DNA of 64,000 nucleotides from a virus, in the UHGV virus genome UHGV-0236300. One strand, written 5' to 3'. Positions 57,176 to 64,000 of this stretch are shown piece after piece. How positions within the stretch are numbered: the first letter of the stretch is position 1; every line of letters begins with the position of its first letter. Below the pieces are notes generated by a model. That model saw only the letters and a program-made list of their open reading frames with translations, was not told the origin of the DNA and ran no database searches. The translations under genes and the position numbers were made by a program.

Positions 57176-57299
57176 TTTTCATACTCTCCAGTTTACTCAT
57201 AACTAACCAGATCAACAACACTGCATAATGTGGTTATGCAGGGGCCAATTGAAAAACCATCATTCAATTGGCTACCGTTATCTACTGAACATCCCTACA

Positions 57300-58583
57300 T
57301 TATTCCAGCACCTCCCAAGTGTCTGGGTTAACATTTCGGACACAGATGCCGACAGGGAATTGGTAGTTGTTGTCTTCTGTCCTTGCTTGATATTTGAAGG
57401 TGACAAACTTGCCGATCATTTCCTGCATCCTGTCATAGCTGCGCTCCTCGTGCGTACCTTTCATCTTCATTTTAACAACGATACCTTCCTTGTCAACACA
57501 GATAAGAACACCTTCATCATTCTTATCTTTCTCAACGTCAATAACTTTCACCTCAGCATCGTTGAACTTTTTCCATTTCAATGCTTCGGATGTTCGCTGA
57601 CCGTATTCGTATTTACCACAGAAGTTACGCATGATAGTACCTTCATATCCTTCGGACATGAATACACCAACAGATTCTTCGCAATGATCAACTGTGTACG
57701 CAAGCTCTGCGTCAACAACCTTGATATTGTCAAGCATCAGAGTGGCAATGGTATCTTCTGCATCCATGAGATCCTTGCATCGTCCAGATTCTGTTTCCGG
57801 ATCCCACCATACCTTGTCACTAGGGATGTCGAAAATATGATACTCTAAGTCATAGCTACAGTACCCTCCGTAACGCAAATCATCACGAACAGGCTCAACA
57901 TCAACAGGAATATCTACCTTATTGAAGTTTTTGTATGTTGATAAGCCTGCCTTAATTGCGGCATGACGGCGTTTTTTATCTGCCTCGTAGTCTTTATCGA
58001 TCTCGGCCTGAATCTCTTCCTGTGTGCGCCACCGTTTAGCAAGAGACACTATTTTCTGCAGAGGCAGACCATGAATATAGATCTCTCCGTCGAGCTGTTT
58101 AATCCCGGTGGTGAAGTGGAAAGAACGAAGTTGCTCCAGAAGCTTTCCTTGAATAGGGTAGGACTTATTACCACGGGAAATAAATTTAGGCTCACCGTTT
58201 TGGAAAACAACCAGTAGACGAAGGCCATCTAACTTACGCAAGATCCAGCAAGGCAATTTAAGTGCCTTTCCACGCTTCAGGTAGTCATGCACCAGCATGG
58301 GTAAAAGGTCAACACCCTGCTCGCAATCTTCCATATTTTCAACATACCCCAGACGGACTTGTTTTTCCCACTTACTGATCGCTTCCAGCTCAGCCTGTTG
58401 CTCAGCTGTAGTTTCATTGGCACGACCCACGTTCTTAGGTGTGCAGATCGTCTCTTTGTATTGCAGTTTACCATCAAGCTTGCCAAACTCTACGATAACC
58501 TTATCACCATCCGTGAATACTTTCCACTGTTGGTAGCTGCCATCTTTGTTCAGTGCGTACAGTGTTGTTTTAATCTGATGCAT
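57300..58583 (-). CDS. ATP-dependent DNA ligase
   Basis: Adenylation motif I KLDGLR; RBS AGGAAGAGG. Confidence 0.6.
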   Translation of the reverse strand: MHQIKTTLYALNKDGSYQQWKVFTDGDKVIVEFGKLDGKLQYKETICTPKNVGRANETTAEQQAELEAISKWEKQVRLGYVENMEDCEQGVDLLPMLVHDYLKRGKALKLPCWILRKLDGLRLLVVFQNGEPKFISRGNKSYPIQGKLLEQLRSFHFTTGIKQLDGEIYIHGLPLQKIVSLAKRWRTQEEIQAEIDKDYEADKKRRHAAIKAGLSTYKNFNKVDIPVDVEPVRDDLRYGGYCSYDLEYHIFDIPSDKVWWDPETESGRCKDLMDAEDTIATLMLDNIKVVDAELAYTVDHCEESVGVFMSEGYEGTIMRNFCGKYEYGQRTSEALKWKKFNDAEVKVIDVEKDKNDEGVLICVDKEGIVVKMKMKGTHEERSYDRMQEMIGKFVTFKYQARTEDNNYQFPVGICVRNVNPDTWEVLE

Positions 58584-58852
58584 TACTCAGCCTCTTCCTT
58601 AAAAATTTTAAACATCTCTTCTTTGCTCATTACCAACCAGTCTCCCATAAAGTCAACTAACCAATCCCCTTGGTACAAGACCAGGTTACCAAACGGCTCG
58701 ACAAGCTCACACATGCGGAGAATATCTCTGGTCCGAACAGGTGACGGTGTAAACACACCTGTATCAATCCACCGTTGCAGATCAGATACTGATGAAGAGC
58801 TTCCGTCAAACTGGTGTGCTTCTACAGGTTTAGCAAGATTAAATAACGGCAT
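58583..58852 (-). CDS. hypothetical protein
   Basis: RBS GAAGGAGG; ATGA-coupled. Confidence 0.5.
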   Translation of the reverse strand: MPLFNLAKPVEAHQFDGSSSSVSDLQRWIDTGVFTPSPVRTRDILRMCELVEPFGNLVLYQGDWLVDFMGDWLVMSKEEMFKIFKEEAE

Positions 58853-59147
58853 TGCAGTCCTCCTTCTCTAATAGGTCTTTTATCGGGTAAACAAGTAGGT
58901 GTGGATCGTAATAATTTATAGTTTTATTCTGCCACACTATGAACTTAATTACAACTAAATTTACCACATCTTTATCTCCATGCAGTCCAACACACAGATT
59001 TGTCCATACTTTGTGGTTGAATACTTTGCTGTCGATATAGATCTTAGTGTCAAACTTATCCTCTATCCTACCTATAAGTTTAACCAATTCTTTCATCTGA
59101 TCCCCAAACACATCATCGTTTTCAAGATCTCTGGAGTGCTTGTACAT
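58839..59147 (-). CDS. hypothetical protein
   Basis: RBS GAGGTAG. Confidence 0.5.
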   Translation of the reverse strand: MYKHSRDLENDDVFGDQMKELVKLIGRIEDKFDTKIYIDSKVFNHKVWTNLCVGLHGDKDVVNLVVIKFIVWQNKTINYYDPHLLVYPIKDLLEKEDCNAVI

Positions 59148-59169
59148 AACTTTCTACCTCACTTGCATA

Positions 59170-59204
59170 CTTTCCGAAACAAGTAAAGCCGGGATCGCCC
59201 CGGC
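59170..59204 (-). terminator. rho-independent terminator
   Basis: Minus-strand hairpin GCCGGG/CCCGGC then U-rich CTTTACTTGTTT. Confidence 0.55.
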
Positions 59205-59211
59205 TATGTTA

Positions 59212-59925
59212 TTAAATATATTCTGTTACATCCTTGAAGCTTGAAGGCTTCATAATCTTACCTTTACTGTCGAGGAATATGATAACTTTATTTCCGTTGT
59301 AGAATTCTTCTTTAGCAACAAAACCTTCATAGCGACCATCAAAGCGTCGCTCAAGATCTTTAATCTCCAACTCGATGAGTTGTTCAGCAGGCATATCTGC
59401 ACTGGCACCGTGTGAATGCCGCAGATGGTTGACACGTGCAAACTTGCTGTCATTAGATTTTAGAACCTTCCGCATCATCCCGCACACATCACCGCGAAGC
59501 TGGAACAGTAAAGCCGTTGACAGCTCTGCTAAGCGGTAAGCAGACGCTCTTTGCTTAGAGGTATTTTTCGCAGCGATCAGTGTATCATAAAATTCACCGA
59601 TCTTAAACTTAAGACCTCGCGGATTATCAAACAGGTTTGACCACTTTTCATGGTTATCGTTAACAAGATAAGCGGCATAACTTGTGACAACGTGAAGATC
59701 GCAGGCCTCTTTTAGGAGATGATCCCCACCATCACCTTTCTCCAACTCTTCCAAAACTTCATTGAACTCTTCCTCAATGAAACTCAGCTGAAGTTCGAAT
59801 GGTGTGTATGATTTTTTCACTTTAGCTGCTACACGGTTCCAATTTTCCACCCAGTTGGCAGACCAAAGGTAGTTTTCAGGCTGAGACAGTTTTTCCAGGT
59901 TGTCGATCAGTTTAGTATTCAGCAT
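59212..59925 (-). CDS. MazG-like nucleotide pyrophosphohydrolase domain protein
   Basis: IEEEFNEVLEELEKGD...LLKEACDLHVV matches the MazG EExxE...D...E..D core; RBS GGAGG. Confidence 0.55.
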   Translation of the reverse strand: MLNTKLIDNLEKLSQPENYLWSANWVENWNRVAAKVKKSYTPFELQLSFIEEEFNEVLEELEKGDGGDHLLKEACDLHVVTSYAAYLVNDNHEKWSNLFDNPRGLKFKIGEFYDTLIAAKNTSKQRASAYRLAELSTALLFQLRGDVCGMMRKVLKSNDSKFARVNHLRHSHGASADMPAEQLIELEIKDLERRFDGRYEGFVAKEEFYNGNKVIIFLDSKGKIMKPSSFKDVTEYI

Positions 59926-59939
59926 TAAAAGGCCTCCGC

Positions 59940-60701
59940 TTACAGTTCCATAAAGTTTTCTACGATGTCAATAAATGTTTTATCAGAGAAAGCGTCAACC
60001 GCCCCGTTAAACCAAACTGGGATGCCGCGATCCTCATACTGGTAAATGTCACTACGTGAAATGCCATTCTCCCCTAAATGCTGTGAGTCGTATTTGTTGA
60101 CGATCAGCAGTTTGGTTCCCTTATTACAGGCAGGGAATAGCTCCCAGTTAAAATTGATAACTGTGTTGGAGCACCCTACAAGGATAACCATATCATTGCT
60201 CGTCAGAGAAGTCAACAGGTCATACATGTCTGTATACTTTGGAGCTACTTCTCCGAAAAACACTACATTAGGCTTAACCCAAGTATACTTGCTTGCGTCT
60301 ACCTCAGAGTATCCAATGTCTTTAATGACGTCACTCCCTTCATCATCCTCGTAGACTATTTCTGGCAAATATCCGTGGACATGTAAAATATCTTCATGTT
60401 TTACACCAGCACGCTCCAGCAAATCATCTACATTGGTTGTCAGGTTGATCACACGACCAGACCAGCGTGAATACCACTCAGCGATCCGGAGATGTGCAAG
60501 GTTAGGATCAACACTGCCCAAAGCTACACGCCGTGCATTGTAAAAGTCATGCACCTTATAGTAGTTCTTGGCAAAGGTGTGGATGTTACACACCTCATCG
60601 ATGCTGAAATTCTCCCACATTGCAGTGCCACCAGATCGGAAAGTGGGGATACCAGATTCAGCGCTCAAACCAGCACCGGAGATAATGATCAGTCGTCGCA
60701 T
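59940..60701 (-). CDS. Sir2-family (sirtuin) NAD-dependent deacylase / ADP-ribosyltransferase
   Basis: GAGLSAESGIPTFR, TTNVDDLLERAG, catalytic His in LHVHGY, VVFFGE, ILVGCSNTV; no obvious Zn-ribbon cysteines; RBS GAGGA. Confidence 0.8.
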   Translation of the reverse strand: MRRLIIISGAGLSAESGIPTFRSGGTAMWENFSIDEVCNIHTFAKNYYKVHDFYNARRVALGSVDPNLAHLRIAEWYSRWSGRVINLTTNVDDLLERAGVKHEDILHVHGYLPEIVYEDDEGSDVIKDIGYSEVDASKYTWVKPNVVFFGEVAPKYTDMYDLLTSLTSNDMVILVGCSNTVINFNWELFPACNKGTKLLIVNKYDSQHLGENGISRSDIYQYEDRGIPVWFNGAVDAFSDKTFIDIVENFMEL

Positions 60702-60709
60702 AAGTGTCC

Positions 60710-61060
60710 TCAGTAGATGTTTTGTTTAATCTCTATTCCAAACTTTTTAAACGAGTCAGCAGCAAGCATGAATTTACGAGCCGCTGATGGGTTAGAAGTA
60801 TGCACGAAAATCTTCACGTTGTCAACTACAGGAGGCTTACCAAATACAAATTTTTCCTCCAGCATAGATAGGCAATCGTACCCTTCAAATACCTCTCCAA
60901 GGTCGTTGTCCATGTGCCACTCAGAAACGCGCCTGTAGAGCTTTCTCTTATCGTTAATAAAATCCATAAACTCAGAGGAATTCTTTAGCCAAATAGCATC
61001 TGGGAGCCCATAATTTGACGGATCTCTCAAGTCATCCAGCCACACAATCAACTTCTTCAT
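60710..61060 (-). CDS. hypothetical protein upstream of the sirtuin gene
   Basis: 116-aa ORF, RBS GAGGA; N-terminus MKKLIVWLDD. Confidence 0.5.
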   Translation of the reverse strand: MKKLIVWLDDLRDPSNYGLPDAIWLKNSSEFMDFINDKRKLYRRVSEWHMDNDLGEVFEGYDCLSMLEEKFVFGKPPVVDNVKIFVHTSNPSAARKFMLAADSFKKFGIEIKQNIY

Positions 61061-61992
61061 TGCATATAGTCCTCGTTGTGGAAATAGCAGTCAAGTATCT
61101 CACTGCGTTCCTGCTCTAGGAGGCAGTTCCACACATCTTCTGTGTAATTGTTACGAATGAAGTTTACCATGCCGTAAAACTCTTCGTCAATACGTTTAAA
61201 GATATCATCATCCCAAATCTTCCAAGCTTTACCCCTCATTACGGCCTTCCGTGCCAAATAGTATGGAGACTTGATCTTCAGCTGCAGATCATAAGGGTAG
61301 TAAGGCTTACGAATCATATACCCTTCACCTCTTGTTTCTGCAGCTAATTCTTTTGCATAGCTGAACGGAATTTCACGCACAGTGTGAGGACGTTTTGCAC
61401 CAAGGTATTTGGCAATCCCATCTAAAGCTGCTTCTGGTAGCATTATTCCAGAATCATTATATCTGCAACCTATCAAATATGCGCCATGATCTTCCTGAAC
61501 AATATGCGGATCTGAAGGGTGACAAATTTCAAACATGAATGTCATGTTTTCATGGCCCATAACCCTCTTGATAAGATCTAAATTACCACATTGCTCCTGG
61601 ATTGTTTCCTTTGCGAGGTTACAATATGGAGAATCAAGAGACCCGGTTGTTGAGAACAATAGTTCACCTTTATGAGATGATACCACACCAAGGAATCCGT
61701 TCTTTTTCTCTACCGCCGTCACAAGTTTATTGTCAGGCAGGTTGGTGGAATTTTCTCCCAAGTTAAACACTTTTGTGAAGGGCCATGCCACAACATTTCC
61801 TTCATTACCGACAACAATGCCTCGGCACTCCAGCAAACGAGGAGACAAATGCCATAAATTGTTGTAGAATACTTTTCTGGCATATTTATAGATCTTTAAC
61901 CCAAGATCCGGGTAATATCTGCTGGTTACAAGACCTTTGTCAACTAGGTCGTCTGCATTAAAATACTTCATTATACATTCCTCATTTGTCAT
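61057..61992 (-). CDS. RNA ligase 1 (T4 Rnl1-like)
   Basis: LECRGIVV, KVFNLGEN and KKNGFLGVVS match T4 Rnl1 LECRGIMF, KFFNLNEN, KEDGSLVS (recalled from memory). Confidence 0.75.
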   Translation of the reverse strand: MTNEECIMKYFNADDLVDKGLVTSRYYPDLGLKIYKYARKVFYNNLWHLSPRLLECRGIVVGNEGNVVAWPFTKVFNLGENSTNLPDNKLVTAVEKKNGFLGVVSSHKGELLFSTTGSLDSPYCNLAKETIQEQCGNLDLIKRVMGHENMTFMFEICHPSDPHIVQEDHGAYLIGCRYNDSGIMLPEAALDGIAKYLGAKRPHTVREIPFSYAKELAAETRGEGYMIRKPYYPYDLQLKIKSPYYLARKAVMRGKAWKIWDDDIFKRIDEEFYGMVNFIRNNYTEDVWNCLLEQERSEILDCYFHNEDYMQ

Positions 61993-62046
61993 TTTGTCCC
62001 TTTATCCTGCCACACAAATAACTTGGTGTCAACACTTGAAATTAAC

Positions 62047-62075
62047 AAAACAGTTAGGTATACTATCATTAAAAT
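62047..62075 (+). promoter_or_regulatory. sigma70-like promoter
   Basis: TTGAAA, 17-nt spacer, TATACT. Confidence 0.5.
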
Positions 62076-62092
62076 TAAAACGGAGAGTTACT

Positions 62093-62503
62093 ATGTCTAA
62101 AATGCTATATATCGTGCGTGGTCTACCAGGGTCTGGCAAATCAACACTGGCAAATGCGCTATCTTTAGAAGGTCTGTATCCACATTTTGAGAACGATATG
62201 TTCTGGTACGACGATGACGGCAATTACAATTGGGATGCAAGTAAAGTAACACTTGCAGCAAAATGGTGCAAAGATAACGTAGAAGATATGATGCGTATGG
62301 GCTACGACCGTATCGTGGTAAGTAATACGTTTACAAAAGAAAAATATGTGCAAGAATATATTGACATGGCGATCAGTCATGGATATAGTTATACCGTGAT
62401 CGTGGTTGAAAACCGCCATGGTAATAAAAGCATTCATGATGTTCCAGACAGGGTTGTGGATCGTATGGAACGCCAGCTTAAAAACTGCATTAAACTTAAA
62501 TGA
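62093..62503 (+). CDS. polynucleotide 5'-kinase (T4 Pnk kinase-domain-like)
   Basis: Walker A GLPGSGKST; C-terminal ENRHGNKSIHDVPDRVVDRM resembles T4 Pnk RNSKRGTKAVPIDVLRSM; RBS GGAGAG. Confidence 0.7.
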   Translation: MSKMLYIVRGLPGSGKSTLANALSLEGLYPHFENDMFWYDDDGNYNWDASKVTLAAKWCKDNVEDMMRMGYDRIVVSNTFTKEKYVQEYIDMAISHGYSYTVIVVENRHGNKSIHDVPDRVVDRMERQLKNCIKLK

Positions 62504-62510
62504 GGAATGT

Positions 62511-63065
62511 ATGAAATACTTTGTAACAAGCGACACACACTTTCTCCACCAGCGGGTAATGGAGTTCGACTCATGTCAAAAACACAGATCTCAGTATGAT
62601 CACAATCTTGACAGTATGAATGCGGGAATCATCACCAAGTGGAACTCTGTTGTGTCACCTGCAGACACTGTGTTTCACTTGGGGGATATTGCGTGCACTA
62701 ATGATAAGAATATCAACAAATTGCTTCCAGATGTTCTAAATATGTTGAACGGACATATTATTCTTGTTCGTGGTAACCATGACACAAAGACGACTGTCAG
62801 AATTATGAAAGAGTTCGGTCATGAGGTTGTAGATTATTACGAGCTTCGCCACAACAAGAATTTGATCTGTATGAGCCATTACCAGTTTGCAAAGTGGAAC
62901 AGAAAGCCTCACGGATCAGTCCAACTGTTCGGTCATGCTCACGGAACCACACAGCAGTTGTTTGGCAGGCAGTTTGATGTCGGTTGGGATGTGTGGGGGA
63001 GACTCTTACCATTAGAAGAGGCATACCGTATTGCAATGAGTCTTGCTATTGACAGCGGGGAGTAA
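62511..63065 (+). CDS. calcineurin-like metallophosphoesterase (candidate 2',3'/3'-phosphatase)
   Basis: DTHF, GDIAC and GNHD metal-binding motifs; RBS GAGGA. Confidence 0.65.
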   Translation: MKYFVTSDTHFLHQRVMEFDSCQKHRSQYDHNLDSMNAGIITKWNSVVSPADTVFHLGDIACTNDKNINKLLPDVLNMLNGHIILVRGNHDTKTTVRIMKEFGHEVVDYYELRHNKNLICMSHYQFAKWNRKPHGSVQLFGHAHGTTQQLFGRQFDVGWDVWGRLLPLEEAYRIAMSLAIDSGE

Positions 63066-63112
63066 TCCCTGCTATTTTAAAGAAAATTGCCACACAAGGA
63101 GAATCAGGAGAT

Positions 63113-63463
63113 ATGAAAGATGGGGATAAGCTGCTATATCTTAAAGTCCCCCTTGAAATACTGTCTATGTCAAAAGTTTTGAATGACACAACTGGGGAGG
63201 TTGTTGTTCTTGACTTATATGACAAGATCGTATACTGCTACCTGCACAACTGGTATAAGCTTGGAGAAAATTCACGCTTCACACCCAGCACAAGGAAAAT
63301 TGCAGCAGATGTTGGGATAAAGAAAACAAAAGCAGCAGCGTGCGTTAAAACTTTAGAATGTGCAGGAGTGGTTGAAATATCCACACAAGGGAGAGGTAAA
63401 AGATGCACATTTTCCAAAGTTTTGCCACCAGAAGAAGTTATTCGAATGTCAACAACTGGTTAG
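63113..63463 (+). CDS. putative DNA-binding (HTH / winged-helix) protein
   Basis: STRKIAADVGIKKTKAAACVKTLECAGVVEI resembles an HTH; followed by operator-like repeats; RBS AAGGAGAATCAGGAGA. Confidence 0.5.
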   Translation: MKDGDKLLYLKVPLEILSMSKVLNDTTGEVVVLDLYDKIVYCYLHNWYKLGENSRFTPSTRKIAADVGIKKTKAAACVKTLECAGVVEISTQGRGKRCTFSKVLPPEEVIRMSTTG

Positions 63464-63545
63464 ACCAGTAAAAACTTAAACATCTGTACTATAAGGATTT
63501 GTATGTTTTATGTTCACTATGGAACAGAGGTTAGTAACTGTCCGT

Positions 63546-63632
63546 GATACGGACACTACTGTCCGTCACGCGGACACATCTGCCCGTAATACGGACACTA
63601 ACTGTCCGTGATACGGACACATAAAGAATATA
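63546..63632. repeat. four tandem palindromic sites (operator/iteron array)
   Basis: ACTGTCCGTGATACGGACAC-type units at 63546, 63567, 63590, 63610 (about 21-22 bp spacing), each an inverted repeat GTCCG-N5-CGGAC. Confidence 0.7.
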
Positions 63633-63660
63633 ACTAAAATAACTAAATAATAAAAAATAA

Positions 63661-63725
63661 AAGATCTAGTACTTATGGTACTAAAGTACATATACTTAAC
63701 TTATGTAGAATATACTAGATCCTAA
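63661..63725. repeat. AT-rich segment bounded by a 9-10 bp inverted repeat
   Basis: AGATCTAGTA ... TACTAGATC with internal GTACTAAAGTAC palindrome. Confidence 0.45.
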
Positions 63726-64000
63726 GCACCATGTTTTAAATTTATTACTTATTATGGGTAGTGTCGGCCCTTCATTGGCACTCGCCTACGAGGGGCGAGA
63801 TGCCGGGCCTCCATAGTGCACACAATAACAGAAGTGCATACATGCAGGACTGTTAACATGTGTGGGAGCGAAGCGATAGCGCAGGCCAAAGGCCGAGCAC
63901 TAATGTGGACCACCGACGAAAGCTTGCCAGCGCCGGAAGGAGTCGGTTGAGAGCCTCCCGCGCGAGTTCGGATAAAGTTTATGTGTGGAAACTGACAAGA

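Noticed and set aside
57176-57299. Holin gene immediately upstream of the endolysin
   Set aside because: The 124-nt gap contains no ORF with an RBS and transmembrane segment
63546-63632. Possible CRISPR array
   Set aside because: Only four units, each palindromic, spaced about 21 bp with no unique spacers; operator or iteron architecture instead
63760-64000. tRNA gene
   Set aside because: No cloverleaf with a GTTCRANYC T-loop and matching acceptor stem could be built by eye; needs a proper scan
1-64000. Prophage or integrative element signatures (integrase, att sites, transposase)
   Set aside because: None recognised; gene content and promoter/terminator cassettes fit a virulent phage

Overview
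This window reads as part of a large virulent dsDNA phage genome, probably of an enterobacterial host (sigma70-type TTGACA/TATAAT promoters, AGGAG ribosome-binding sites, a lambda R-like endolysin, an E. coli SSB-type DDDIPF tail); the phage itself was not identified. No integrase, transposase, CRISPR array or tRNA was found. All calls rest on motif recognition by eye; no database search was run. Layout: (1) 1-13.0 kb, rightward replication module: methyltransferases, T7-like primase-helicase, a family A DNA polymerase split by a group I intron carrying an HNH endonuclease, tandem small paralogs and an SSB-like protein. (2) 13.0-22.6 kb, rightward early-type cassettes (promoter, small gene, terminator), including a macro-domain protein, interrupted by a roughly 1 kb repeat-bearing non-coding stretch at 16.55-17.5 kb. 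(3) 22.65-25.1 kb, a 2.5 kb non-coding hub dense in repeats between convergent transcription units. (4) 25.1-62.0 kb, leftward: a long array of translationally coupled small genes (paralog families, an HPF ribosome-hibernation homolog), then nucleotide metabolism (nrdG, nrdD, glutaredoxin, nrdB, nrdA, ThyX-like, dNMP kinase, nucleotidase), recombination/repair enzymes, endolysin, DNA ligase, a MazG-like protein, a Sir2 sirtuin and an Rnl1-type RNA ligase. (5) 62.0-64.0 kb, rightward: polynucleotide kinase, metallophosphatase, an HTH protein followed by four palindromic sites, and a GC-rich structured segment. The strongest candidates for something new are the sirtuin/MazG/RNA-repair cluster together with the distant macro-domain gene, and the paralog families in the leftward small-gene array; the best-supported single observation is the intron-split polymerase.
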